A stretch of DNA of 64,000 nt from Candidatus Aminicenantes bacterium (GTDB lineage Bacteria > Acidobacteriota > Aminicenantia > Aminicenantales > Saccharicenantaceae): contig JBGLNH010000001.1 of NCBI GenBank assembly GCA_041320535.1, positions 863,746-927,745 of the forward strand. Direction: 5' to 3'. Both the position numbers and the translations under genes were made by a program. This document shows, one piece after another, positions 50,993 through 61,452 of this stretch (position 1 is its first letter; every line of letters begins with the position of its first letter). The notes beneath the pieces are model-generated. The model was given only the letters and a program-made list of their open reading frames with translations. It ran no database searches and was not told the DNA's origin.

Positions 50993-51185
50993 GTCCGTTC
51001 TCCCGGAGCGGCGGCGCTCGTTATCTTCGCCGATTCTCAATGCACGAACCGTGCCAAAACAGAAGCGTCCCTTACCGCTAGGCTCGACTTCGATCCGGTC
51101 TTCGAGGTGTCCGACCTCATGACAAGAAGTGTTCGCTATCGGACACTTGTTGTATAATACCTGCGGGCCGACAGGCATACCCTCG

Positions 51186-51201
51186 GGGCATGGAACTTGC
51201 A
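51186..51201 (+). promoter_or_regulatory. Sigma-54 promoter GGCATGGAACTTGCA (-24 GG / -12 GC) about 27 nt upstream of the NtrC-type regulator gene
   Basis: Matches TGGCAC-N5-TTGCA with one mismatch in the -24 element and correct spacing. An 8-bp inverted repeat GTGTCCGA...TCGGACAC (51106-51147) lies further upstream. Confidence 0.5.
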
Positions 51202-51227
51202 CATACAGTCCCCGAAAGGAGCCGGCG

Positions 51228-52607
51228 ATGGACAGTAAAAGCGGCAAGATCCTCGTGGTCGACGACAACGAGGACATTCTCGCGGCGGCCAAGCTCCTCC
51301 TCAAGCAACACATCGATCTCGTCCACACGGAAAAGGACCCCGGCCGCATCCCCGTCCTGATGAAGGAGGAGACCTACGACGTCGTCCTCCTCGACATGAA
51401 CTTCGCCAAGGGAGCGACGGGCGGCGAGGAGGGTTTCGCCTGGCTGCGCCGGATCCTGGCCGCCGATCCCCTGGCCGTGGTCATCCTCATCACGGCCTAC
51501 GGCGACGTCGGCATGGCCGTCCGGGCCATCAAGGAAGGGGCCACGGACTTCATCCTCAAACCCTGGCAGAACGAGAAGCTCCTGGCCACCCTGTCGGCCG
51601 CCCTCAACCTGCGCGCCTCGCGCGTCGAGGCCAGCTCGCTCCGCCAGCGGCAGGGCCACCTCAGCGCCGACCTCGACCGGCCCTTCCGCGATTTCCTGGG
51701 CCGGAGCGCGGCCATGAACGACGTCTTCGCCACCATCGACAAGGTGGCCCGGACCGACGCCAGCATCCTCATCCTGGGCGAGAACGGGACGGGCAAGGAG
51801 CTGGCCGCCCGGGAGATCCACCGCCGCTCCCAGCGCCACCGGGAGGCCTTCGTCGGCGTCGACATGAGCGCCGTGCCGGAGACGCTCTTCGAGAGCGAGC
51901 TTTTCGGCCACGTCAAGGGCGCCTTCACCGACGCCCGCGAGGACCGGGCCGGCCGCTTCGAGACGGCCTCGGGGGGGACGCTCTTCCTCGACGAGATCGG
52001 CAACCTGTCGCTGCCGCTCCAAGCCAAGATCCTGACGGCGCTCGAGAACCGGCGGATCGTCCGGATCGGGTCGAACCGTCAGGTGGCCATCGACGTCCGG
52101 CTCATCTGCGCGACCAACAGGCCCGTCCACCAGATGGTCGCCGAGAACAGGTTCCGCCAGGACCTCCTCTACCGGATCAACACGATCGAGGTCCGCATGC
52201 CGCCGCTCCGCGAGCGCCGGGAGGACGTCCCGCTCCTCGTCGAGCACTTCCTCGCCGCCTACTGCCACAAGTACGGCCGCCCGCTCAAGACGGCCGTGCC
52301 GGCGGCCCTGTTCAAGCTCGGGGGCTACGCCTGGCCGGGCAACGTCCGCGAGCTCCAGCACGCCGTCGAGCGGGCCGTCATCATGTCCGACGCCGACGCC
52401 CTCGAGCCCGGCGATTTCCTCCTCGGCGAAGCCGATGGCCCCCCGGCCGAGTCCCCGACGGCCGCGGCCACCAGCCTCGGGGACCTCGAGCGGCGGCACG
52501 TCGAGCGCACCTTGAACAAGCACGGCGGGAACGTCAGCAAGGCCGCGCGCGAGCTGGGCATCTCGCGGGCCGCCCTCTACCGCCGCCTGGATAAGCATGG
52601 TCTATAG
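51228..52607 (+). CDS. Sigma-54-dependent response regulator (NtrC family: REC-AAA+-HTH)
   Basis: REC domain (ILVVDDNEDIL...DVVLLDMNF), AAA+ with GENGTGKE Walker A, GAFTDA sigma-54 contact motif, ESELFGH, and a C-terminal Fis-type HTH. Confidence 0.9.
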   Translation: MDSKSGKILVVDDNEDILAAAKLLLKQHIDLVHTEKDPGRIPVLMKEETYDVVLLDMNFAKGATGGEEGFAWLRRILAADPLAVVILITAYGDVGMAVRAIKEGATDFILKPWQNEKLLATLSAALNLRASRVEASSLRQRQGHLSADLDRPFRDFLGRSAAMNDVFATIDKVARTDASILILGENGTGKELAAREIHRRSQRHREAFVGVDMSAVPETLFESELFGHVKGAFTDAREDRAGRFETASGGTLFLDEIGNLSLPLQAKILTALENRRIVRIGSNRQVAIDVRLICATNRPVHQMVAENRFRQDLLYRINTIEVRMPPLRERREDVPLLVEHFLAAYCHKYGRPLKTAVPAALFKLGGYAWPGNVRELQHAVERAVIMSDADALEPGDFLLGEADGPPAESPTAAATSLGDLERRHVERTLNKHGGNVSKAARELGISRAALYRRLDKHGL

Positions 52608-53940
52608 GAAGTTCCGGGTCGACGTCTCCCTGCGCGCGGCGCTGCTCGTCGCGACGATCGGCCTCCTCTTCTTCGTCGTCTTCCGGGCCAAGCTCCCGGC
52701 CGCCGCCATCCTTCTCGGGCTGCTGGCCGCGGCCCAGGTCGCCGGCCTCTTCCGGGCCGTCGACCGGACCAACAGGGACCTGGCCCGGTTCTTCGATTCC
52801 GTGCGCTTCGACGACTTCACCCAGACGTTCCGGAGCCAGAGGCTCGGCGGCTCCTTCAACGAGCTCCACGCCGCGCTGGCCCGGGTCATCGCGGCCTTCC
52901 GCGCCGCCCGGGCCGACAAAGAGGAGCAGGCCCTCTATCTCCAGACCGTCGTCCAGCACGTCGGGATCGGCCTCATCGTCTTCCAGCCCGACGGCGAGAT
53001 CGAGCTCGTCAACAACGCCGCCCAGCGGCTCCTCAGGATCCCGCCCCTCAAGAGCGTCAAGGACCTCGAGGAGACCTGTCCCGGCCTGGCGGCGACGCTC
53101 CTGCGGCTGAAGCCGCGCGACCGCGAGCTCATCAAGGTCGAGGCCGGCGACGACCAGCTCCATCTGCTGCTCCACGCCGCCGCGTTCAAGCAGCGGGGCC
53201 GGGACCTGACGCTGGTCTCGGTCCAGGACATCCGCGGCGAGCTCGAGGAGCGGGAGATCGAGGCCTGGCAGAAGCTCATCCGCGTCCTGACCCACGAGAT
53301 CATGAATTCCATGACCCCCATCTCCTCCCTGGCGACGACGGTCGAGGGCCTGATCGACAAGGGCTGCGCCTCGTCCGGGCCGGAGAACCTCGCCGACATC
53401 CGCGGCGCCCTGAAGACGATCCAGCGGCGAAGCGAAGGCCTCCTCCACTTCGTCGACGGCTACCGGAACCTGGCCCGGGTGCCCAAGCCCGACCTCAAGT
53501 TCTTCCCGGCCGCCGACCTCTTCGCCCAGGTCGCCCAGCTCCTCCGGCCCAGGCTCGACGAATGCGGCGTCCGGCTGGAGACCGCCTCGAGCCCCGCTCG
53601 GCTCGAGGTCCTGGCCGATCCGGCGCTGCTCGAACAGGTCCTCATCAACCTCGTCCTCAACGCCTGCGAGGCCGTCCGCGGCCTGGACCGGCCGCGCGTC
53701 GAGCTCGCCGCCAGCCTCGACGAGCGCGGCCGGCCGGTCATCCAGGTCCGCGACAACGGCAGGGGCATCGCTCCGGAGAACCTGGACAAGATCTTCGTCC
53801 CCTTCTTCTCGACCAAGGAGGGCGGCTCCGGCATCGGCCTCAGCCTGTCGCGTCAGATCATGCGCCTCCACGGCGGCTCGATCAGCGCGGCCTCCAGGCC
53901 CGGCCACGAGACCGTCTTCACCCTTCGCTTCAAGCACTGA
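52597..53940 (+). CDS. Sensor histidine kinase (membrane-bound HisKA plus HATPase_c)
   Basis: Two N-terminal TM segments, the H-box LTHEIMNSMTPI, and N/G boxes (DNGRGIAPENLDKIFVPFFSTKEGGSGIGLS). Overlaps the regulator stop. Confidence 0.85.
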   Translation: MVYRKFRVDVSLRAALLVATIGLLFFVVFRAKLPAAAILLGLLAAAQVAGLFRAVDRTNRDLARFFDSVRFDDFTQTFRSQRLGGSFNELHAALARVIAAFRAARADKEEQALYLQTVVQHVGIGLIVFQPDGEIELVNNAAQRLLRIPPLKSVKDLEETCPGLAATLLRLKPRDRELIKVEAGDDQLHLLLHAAAFKQRGRDLTLVSVQDIRGELEEREIEAWQKLIRVLTHEIMNSMTPISSLATTVEGLIDKGCASSGPENLADIRGALKTIQRRSEGLLHFVDGYRNLARVPKPDLKFFPAADLFAQVAQLLRPRLDECGVRLETASSPARLEVLADPALLEQVLINLVLNACEAVRGLDRPRVELAASLDERGRPVIQVRDNGRGIAPENLDKIFVPFFSTKEGGSGIGLSLSRQIMRLHGGSISAASRPGHETVFTLRFKH

Positions 53941-54130
53941 CCGGGTCCGCTTCGTCCCGGCCTGTCGCTCGGGCAACAGGGCGCTCCCCAGTTCCCGGCC
54001 CCGTGTGCCCGCATGCGGACACCCCATGTCCCGGCGGCGAACAAGCAAGAGCCGCGCGCCCACCCGTGCCCCTGACCGCCAGGGCGGCGGGATTGGCATA
54101 ATAACTGCAGTTCGAAGGGCGGAGGCGACG

Positions 54131-56488
54131 ATGATCTTGAACCACCTGAAGATCTCTATTCGGCACATCCGCCGCCAGAAGGGCTATTCCTTCATCAACA
54201 TCGCGGGTCTGGCCATCGGCCTCGCCGGCTTCCTTCTCATCGGGCTCTGGATCGCCGACGAAATGAGCTTCGACCGCTTTCACGAGAAGAAGGACCGGAT
54301 CTTCAGAGTGCTCAACAAGGTCAGCAGCGGCGACCTCATTCCCAGCCCGACCTACGCCCTCGCGCCGGCCCTGAAAGAAGAATATCCCGAAGTGGAGGAA
54401 TCCTCCCGCGTCTGGCCCTTTGCCGCGTCGCTCGTCCGATACGGGGACAAGGCCTTCGAGGAGGACCGCATCTGCCTGGCCGATCCGGGCTTTTTGAGAA
54501 TGTTCACCTTCCCGCTCCTCATGGGAGACCCGGCGACGGCCCTGGCCGACAAGAGCTCGATCGTCCTCACGGCGAGCACGGCCCGAAAGTATTTCGGCGA
54601 GGCCGATCCGCTCGGCAAAGTCCTCCGCCTCGATCAATACGCGTCCGATTTCGGCGTCACCGGGGTCGTCGCCGACGTCCCGGGCAACTCCCACATCCAG
54701 TTCGACCTCCTGGCCCGCGTCGAGCACCTGGGCGAGGACCGGCTCACCCGCTGGGAGGAGTGGACGGGCCCCACCTACGTCCTCCTCCGGCCGGGTGTCA
54801 CGGCCGGGGCCTTCACGGACAAGATCGCGGACATCTACCTGAGGCACGCGAGCCCGACGGCCACCTATGTGCCCGTCCTGCAGCCCCTGACCGACGTCCG
54901 CCTCAACGAGACGGGCCGCTCGGCCGGGCGCCAGCGGGTCGTTTTCTTCTCGTTCGTCGCGGTCTTCATCCTGGTCATGGCCTGCGTGAACTTCATGAAC
55001 CTGTCCACGGCCCGATCGGCCCAGCGGGCAAAGGAAGTCGGTCTACGCAAGGTCGTCGGGGCCCGGCGTCCTCAACTCGTGCGGCAGTTCCTCGGAGAGG
55101 CGTTCCTGACCAGCGCCCTGGCCATGGCCCTGGCCTTGGTCCTGGCCGAGACCGCCCTTCCCCAGTTCAACCGTTTCGCCGGGAAGTCCCTGACGCTCCT
55201 CTCGGGAGCCGGGCTTCCCCTCTTCCTGACGCTCCTTCTCATAGTCGCGGCGACCGGGACGCTGGCGGGCAGCTATCCGGCTTTTTTCATGTCCTCGTTC
55301 TCCTCGGTCGAGACCCTCGTCAGGAAGCGGCCCGGGCCGGGAGGCCGCGGCTCTTCGGTCCGCAAGGCTTTGATCGTCTTCCAGTTCGCCATCTCCGTCG
55401 GCCTGATCACTTGCACGCTGGCGGCCGCCCGGCAGCTCAGGCACATCCAGACCATGGACATCGGACTGGACCGGGAGAACATTGTCGTCGTACTCAATAA
55501 TCCCGGACTGAGGCCGCGCTTCGACGCCTTTCGCGAGGACCTGTTGCGGGCGCCTTCCATCCGCGCCGCGACGTCGGCGGCCCAGGGGCCGACCTGGGTC
55601 GGCGAGAACATTCCCATCGACTGGGAGGGCAATCTGACCGGGCAGCGACTCTCGGCCGACTACACCGTCGTCGACTACGGCTTCTTCGAGACATTCGGGA
55701 TGACGATCGTCAGCGGCCGGGCCTTCGCCGAAGACTTCCCGTCCGACGAAACCGAGGCCTGCGTCATCAACGAGACAGCCGCGAAGAGGATGGGCTTGGC
55801 CGACCCCCTGGGCCGGACCATCACGATGGCCCATCCGGCCTGGCCGGAGTCGTTCCGTAAAGCCCGTGTCGTCGGCGTCGTCAGGGATTTCAACGCCCGG
55901 TCCGTGCATACGTCGATCCGGCCGTTCGTCTTCCGGATGTACAAGCCCTGGCATCAGTACGCCTTCATCAAGATCGACGGGTCGAGGGTCACCGAAGCCC
56001 TGAAGGAGATCGAGGCCGCCTTCCGCCGCCACTCGCCGGGATATCCCTATCGCTACCTGTTCTACGATGAGGCCTTCAACCGTCAATACGCCTCGGACAG
56101 GCAGACGGGAGCGCTCTTCGCCGGGTTCGGCCTGCTCTCGGTCCTGCTCTCCTGCTTGGGACTCTTCGGGCTGGCTTCCCACACGGCCGAGCGAAAGACC
56201 AAGGAGATCGGCGTGCGCAAGGTCCTCGGCGCTTCGGTCCCCGGGATCGTCTACCTGACGGCGAGGGAATTCCTCAAATGGGTCGCCGTGGCCCATGTCG
56301 TCGGCTTTCCGGCGGCCTACTTCGTCATGAACGGATGGCTCGGCCAATTCGCCTACCGGACGAGCCTCGGCCCGGCCGTCTTCGCCCTGGCCGCCGGGCT
56401 GACCCTGGTCATCGCGCTCCTGGCGGTCGGCTATCAGGCGCTCCGGGCCGGCCTGGCCGACCCGGTCGAATCGCTGCGCTACGAGTGA
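54131..56488 (+). CDS. FtsX-family ABC transporter permease (double FtsX/MacB-like, ~785 aa)
   Basis: Start MILNHLKISIRHIRRQKGYSFINIAGLAIGLA. Two repeats of periplasmic domain plus FtsX with EVGLRKVVGA / EIGVRKVLGA motifs; C-terminal DPVESLRYE. Confidence 0.8.
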   Translation: MILNHLKISIRHIRRQKGYSFINIAGLAIGLAGFLLIGLWIADEMSFDRFHEKKDRIFRVLNKVSSGDLIPSPTYALAPALKEEYPEVEESSRVWPFAASLVRYGDKAFEEDRICLADPGFLRMFTFPLLMGDPATALADKSSIVLTASTARKYFGEADPLGKVLRLDQYASDFGVTGVVADVPGNSHIQFDLLARVEHLGEDRLTRWEEWTGPTYVLLRPGVTAGAFTDKIADIYLRHASPTATYVPVLQPLTDVRLNETGRSAGRQRVVFFSFVAVFILVMACVNFMNLSTARSAQRAKEVGLRKVVGARRPQLVRQFLGEAFLTSALAMALALVLAETALPQFNRFAGKSLTLLSGAGLPLFLTLLLIVAATGTLAGSYPAFFMSSFSSVETLVRKRPGPGGRGSSVRKALIVFQFAISVGLITCTLAAARQLRHIQTMDIGLDRENIVVVLNNPGLRPRFDAFREDLLRAPSIRAATSAAQGPTWVGENIPIDWEGNLTGQRLSADYTVVDYGFFETFGMTIVSGRAFAEDFPSDETEACVINETAAKRMGLADPLGRTITMAHPAWPESFRKARVVGVVRDFNARSVHTSIRPFVFRMYKPWHQYAFIKIDGSRVTEALKEIEAAFRRHSPGYPYRYLFYDEAFNRQYASDRQTGALFAGFGLLSVLLSCLGLFGLASHTAERKTKEIGVRKVLGASVPGIVYLTAREFLKWVAVAHVVGFPAAYFVMNGWLGQFAYRTSLGPAVFALAAGLTLVIALLAVGYQALRAGLADPVESLRYE

Positions 56489-56599
56489 GAGGGTCCCTCT
56501 CGTCTTTTTGGGCTGGCCGTGCAACATTCAGCCGGGTCGTTGCGTATCCCTGGATAGAGGGCCGGACCTCGGGATCCATTCTCTCGCCGGAGGGGAGCC

Positions 56600-59053
56600 A
56601 TGCTGAAGAATTACCTCGTCACCGCCTGGCGGAACATCGTCAGGGCGAAAGGTTTCTCGCTGCTCAACATCGCCGGCCTGGCCGTCGGGCTGGCCGTCTG
56701 CCTCCTGATCCTGCTCTACGTCCGGGCCGAGACGGGCTACGACGCCTTCCACGAGCATGCCGACCGCGTCTACAGGATCCAGAACGCGTCGCTCGATCCC
56801 GACGGCTCGATCCGGGGGGAATTCGCCACCCTGGCCCCGTCCTTCGCCCCGCTCCTGAGGAACGATTTCCCCGAGATCGAGCGCCTGGCCCGGACCTGGA
56901 ACCCGAGCGGCACCGTCGTCAGGTCCGGCGACCGGACCTTCACCGAGGAGCGCTTCTTCTTCGCCGAGCCGGAGATCTTCGACATCCTGACGCTGCCGTT
57001 TCTCCAGGGCGATCCGGCCAAGGCCCTCGCCGACGTCGGCTCCATCGTCCTTTCAAGGACCACCGCCCGCAAGTTCTTCGGGGAGTCCGACGCCATGGGC
57101 CGCAGCCTCGTCCTCCCGTCCCGGAACAACATGGAGTTCCGGGTCACGGGCGTCATGGAGGACGTTCCCCCTCATTCGCACATCCACTTCGACTTCCTGG
57201 CCTCCTATCTCGCCTTGAAGGGCCTCTCCGGGAGCGGGGACGCCGATTACTTCCACGGCACAAGGAACTTCTCCGACAACGTGACGGCCGTCTACGCCCG
57301 CCTGGCGACGCCGAACGGCGGCCCGGCGCTCCAAGCCAAGATCCCGGCCTTCCTCGACCGGCACTTCCCGGCGCAGGAGGATGAACAGAAGCGCCTGGTC
57401 AAGGTGAGCGAGTTGATGACCCTGCATGTCCAGAAGGTCCGGGACATCCACCTCTACGCCCACACGCGCTCCGATTTCGAGCCGGCCGGCGACATCCGGA
57501 CCGTGCGCCTGTTCACGGCCATCGCCCTGTTCATCCTGGCCATCGCCTGCGTCAATTTCGTCAACCTGTCCACGGCCCGGGGCGTCAAGCGGGCCCGGGA
57601 GGTCGGTCTGCGCAAGGTCGTCGGCGCGGCCCGCCGGACACTGGCGGCGCAGTTCCTCGGCGAGTCGTTCCTGATCACCCTGCTGGCCCTGATCCTGGCG
57701 ATCGGCCTCGTGGTCCTCACCCTGCCGGCCTTCGGCCGATTTGTCGGGCACGCGTTCGGGGCCGGCTCGCTCTTCTCCCCCGCCGGCCTGGTCTTTCTCC
57801 TGGCCTGCTTCCTGGTCACGGGACTGGGCGCGGGGATCTACCCGGCCTTCTACGTGGCCTCGTTCCGTCCTTCGGCCATCCTCCGCGGCGAGCTGACCAA
57901 GGGCCGGGCCGGGGCGGCCCTGCGCAAGTCGCTGGTCGTCTTCCAGTTCGCCATCTCCATCGCCCTCATCTTCTCCGTGACGGTGATCGCCCGCCAGACC
58001 CGTTTCCTGCGCACGGCCGACCTCGGCTACGCCAGGGACAACATCGTCTGCGTCCCGGTCGAAACGGCCGTCTCCCGGCGCTGGACGGACATGAAAGCGG
58101 CCCTCCTCCGCGAACCGGCCATCCTGGCGGCGACCCTCTCCAAACGCGCCCCCTCAGGCCGGCTCCTCGACTCGCCGGGCTTCTGGGCCGAGGTCGGGGG
58201 CACGCGGGTCCAGAGCGCTTTCGCCATGCCCCACAACCGGGTCGAGCACGGTTTCTTCAAGACCTACGGCATGACCCTGGTCGCCGGGCGCGATTTCTCC
58301 GTCGACATCGCGACCGACGCCTCGCAGGCCTTCGTCCTCAACGAGACGGCCGTCCGGCGTCTCGGCTTCGAGAGCCCGGAGGCCGCGGTCGGGGCCGCCT
58401 TCGGCACCTTCGCGCCCAACCTGACCGGCCGGATCATAGGCGTCGTCCGCGACTTCAACTACGAGTCCATGCACCGGCCCATCGTGCCCATCGTGACCTA
58501 TATCGCCCCCAACCAGGCCAACACCCTGAGCCTGCGGATCGCTCCCGGGTCCCTGGGACGCGTCGTGGGCCATGTGCAATCGGTGTTCGACAGCATCCAC
58601 CCGGCCGGGCCGGTCAAGTACGACTTCCTGAGCGAGCGGTTGGCCGCCCTCTACCGGAACGAGGAGAGGGCCATGCGGATGTTCTTCTTCTTCAGCTCCC
58701 TCGCCGTGGCCGTCGGCTGCCTGGGCCTTTTCGGCCTGGCCTCGTTCTCGGCCGAACGGCGGATCAAGGAGATCGGCGTGCGCAAGGTCCTCGGCGCCTC
58801 CGCCCCGGGCATCGCCGGGCTGCTCTCTCGGGAGTTCGTCAAGTGGGTGGCCGTCGCCAACCTCGTCGCCTGGCCGGCGGCCTACTTCGCCTCGAAGCAG
58901 TGGCTCCAGGGCTTCGCCTACCGGGTCCCGATCGGGGCGGCACCCTTCGCCCTGTCCGCAGCGCTGGCCTTGACGGTCGCCATGCTCACGGTGAGCTACC
59001 AGGCCGTGCGCGCGGCCCTCGCCGATCCGGTCAAGGCGTTACGCTACGAATAG
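56600..59053 (+). CDS. FtsX-family ABC transporter permease (double FtsX/MacB-like, 817 aa), paralogue of the preceding gene
   Basis: MLKNYLVTAWRNIVRAKGFSLLNIAGLAVGLA...; same architecture; C-terminal DPVKALRYE. Confidence 0.8.
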   Translation: MLKNYLVTAWRNIVRAKGFSLLNIAGLAVGLAVCLLILLYVRAETGYDAFHEHADRVYRIQNASLDPDGSIRGEFATLAPSFAPLLRNDFPEIERLARTWNPSGTVVRSGDRTFTEERFFFAEPEIFDILTLPFLQGDPAKALADVGSIVLSRTTARKFFGESDAMGRSLVLPSRNNMEFRVTGVMEDVPPHSHIHFDFLASYLALKGLSGSGDADYFHGTRNFSDNVTAVYARLATPNGGPALQAKIPAFLDRHFPAQEDEQKRLVKVSELMTLHVQKVRDIHLYAHTRSDFEPAGDIRTVRLFTAIALFILAIACVNFVNLSTARGVKRAREVGLRKVVGAARRTLAAQFLGESFLITLLALILAIGLVVLTLPAFGRFVGHAFGAGSLFSPAGLVFLLACFLVTGLGAGIYPAFYVASFRPSAILRGELTKGRAGAALRKSLVVFQFAISIALIFSVTVIARQTRFLRTADLGYARDNIVCVPVETAVSRRWTDMKAALLREPAILAATLSKRAPSGRLLDSPGFWAEVGGTRVQSAFAMPHNRVEHGFFKTYGMTLVAGRDFSVDIATDASQAFVLNETAVRRLGFESPEAAVGAAFGTFAPNLTGRIIGVVRDFNYESMHRPIVPIVTYIAPNQANTLSLRIAPGSLGRVVGHVQSVFDSIHPAGPVKYDFLSERLAALYRNEERAMRMFFFFSSLAVAVGCLGLFGLASFSAERRIKEIGVRKVLGASAPGIAGLLSREFVKWVAVANLVAWPAAYFASKQWLQGFAYRVPIGAAPFALSAALALTVAMLTVSYQAVRAALADPVKALRYE

Positions 59054-59071
59054 GCGACCGGGCAGACGACC

Positions 59072-59100
59072 GGGGACATGGACCTCGGGTACGTGTCCCC
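59072..59100 (+). repeat. REP-like palindrome, diverged third copy (GGGGACATGGACCTCGGGTACGTGTCCCC)
   Basis: Shares 25/29 positions with the REP copies at 39905/40038. It lies between the permease stop and the start of ileS homology. Confidence 0.55.
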
Positions 59101-59103
59101 TAT

Positions 59104-61452
59104 TCGTTCCTGAGGACTTCGGCGGGATCGGTGCGGGCCGCGCGCACGGCCTGTCCGATCACGGTCAGCTGGGCGATGACCAGTGTGGGCGCATTCTTCG
59201 CCGCCGGCGACGTCTACAAGGGCAAGCGGCCCGTCCACTGGTGCATCCACTGCCGGACGGCCCTGGCCGAGGCCGAGATCGAGTACCGCGACAAGACCTC
59301 GCCCTCGATCTACGTCCGCTTCCCGGTCGTTTCCGACCTCGGAGCCAAGTTCCCGGCCCTGGCCGGGCGCCGCGCCTACGTCCTCATCTGGACGACGACG
59401 CCGTGGACCCTCCCGGGCAACATGGCCATCGCCTTCCATCCCGAGCACGAGTACGTCGCGGCCGAGGCCGGCGGCGACGTCTACATCCTGGCCAAGAAGC
59501 TCCTGCCGGCCGTAGCCGAAGCGCTCGGCTGGGGCGCGCCCAAGGTCCTGGCCTCGTTCGCCGGCCGGGAGCTGGAGCGGCTCAGGGCCCGCCACCCGTT
59601 CATCGACCGCGACTCGCTCTTCGTCCTGGGCGAGTACGTCACCCTCGAGGACGGGACCGGCGCCGTCCACACCGCGCCCGGCCACGGCCACGACGACTTC
59701 CTGGCCGGCGTCGCCTACGGCCTCGACATCTACGCGCCCGTCGACGACGACGGCCGGTTCACGCCCGAGGTGCCGCGCTACGCCGGGCTCCAGGTCTTCG
59801 AGGCCAATCCGCGCATCACGGCCGACATGAAGAGCGACGGCTCGCTGCTCCGGGTGTCCGAGATCTCGCACTCCTACCCGCACTGCTGGCGCTGCAAGAA
59901 GCCGGTCATCTTCCGGGCCACCGAGCAGTGGTTCATCTCCATGGACAGGAGCGGCCTGCGCGACCGGACCCGCCGGGCCATCGACGGCGTCCGCTGGATC
60001 CCCGAGTGGGGCAAGGAGCGAATCGACGGCATGGTCGCCGGACGCCCCGACTGGTGCATCTCGCGCCAGCGGTCCTGGGGCGTGCCCCTCCCGGCCTTCA
60101 AGTGCCGGGCCTGCGGGACGCCGCTCGCCGGCGACGAGGTCTGTCGCCACGTGGCCGGGATCTTCGCCGCCGAGGGCTCCGACGCCTGGTTCGTCCGCGA
60201 CGCCGCGGCCCTCGTGCCGCCGGGAGCCGCCTGCCCCGGCTGCGGCGCGAAGGAATTCGACAAGGAGTTCAACATCCTCGACGTCTGGTTCGAGTCCGGC
60301 GCCTCCCAGAACGTGATCGAAAGGGAGGCCGGACACGCCTGGCCCGCCGACGTCTACATCGAGGGCCACGACCAGCACCGCGGCTGGTTCAACAGCTCCA
60401 TCCTCATCGGCGTCGGGGCCAAGGGCGGCAGCCCGTTCCGGACCTGCATCACCCACGGCCACATCCTCGACGAGCTGGGGAGGGCCATGTCGAAGTCGCT
60501 CGGCAACGTCATGGAGCCCGGCGAGGTCATCAAGAGGAGCGGGGCGGAGATCGTCCGGCTCTGGGCGGCCATGCTCAACTACAAGGAGGACGCCCGGTTC
60601 GGGCCGGAGATCGAGCAGCGGCTCGTCGAGGTCTACCGCAAGCTCCGCAACACCTGGCGCTTCCTCCTCGGCAACGTCTCCGACTTCGACCCGGAGCGCG
60701 ACGCCGTGGCCGAGGCCGACCTCCTCGACCTCGACCGCTGGATCCTCCACCGCTTCGAGGAGGTCCGGGCCCGCGTCGTCAAAGCCTACGAGGACTACGA
60801 GTTCCACCCCATCCTCCACACCGTGCTCGACTTCTTCACGGTCGACCTGAGCGCCTTCTACCTCGACGTCGTCAAGGACCGGGCCTACTGCTCCGGCCGC
60901 CGGTCGCCCGAGCGGCGCTCGGCCCAGACGGCCATGTTCACGGTCCTGCGCGACTCGCTGCTGCTCATGGCCCCCATCCTGTCGTTCACCGCGGAGGAGG
61001 CCTGGGCCCACGTCCCCGCCTTCGCCGGGAAGGGCCCCTCGGTCCACCTCGGCGAGTTCCCCCCGGGCCGCGACTGGCTCGGCCCGCGGCGCGAGAGGTT
61101 CGTCGAGGACATGGAGAAGCTCCTGGCCGTCCGCGAGAAGGTCCTCAAGGAGCTCGAGAAGGCCCGCGAGTCCAAGCTCATCGGCAACTCGCTCGAGGCC
61201 AGCGTGACCCTGCGGGCCCCGGCCGCCGAGGCCGCCCTCCTCGAGGCGCGGGCCGGGGACCTGGCCGCGCTGTTCATCGTCTCCCGGGTCGCGGTCGAGC
61301 CGTCGGCCGGGGAGGAGCTCGGGATCGCCGTCGGCCGGGCCGAGGGCGCGAAGTGCGAGCGCTGCTGGAACTACGCCGTCGACGTCGGCGCCGGCGCCGC
61401 CCGCCCGACGTTCTGCGGCCGCTGCGCCGGGGCCGTCGGCGAGGGGCGGTGA
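59104..61452 (+). pseudogene. ileS: Isoleucyl-tRNA synthetase, 5'-truncated (lacks ~165 N-terminal aa including the HIGH motif)
   Basis: Homology begins around ...GDVYKGKRPVHWCIHCRTALAEAEIEY and continues through WTTTPWTLP, KMSKSLGN and the C-terminal zinc ribbon CERCWNY...CGRC. No upstream in-frame start gives a HIGH-bearing N-terminus; the REP element and a permease gene occupy that space. Confidence 0.8.
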
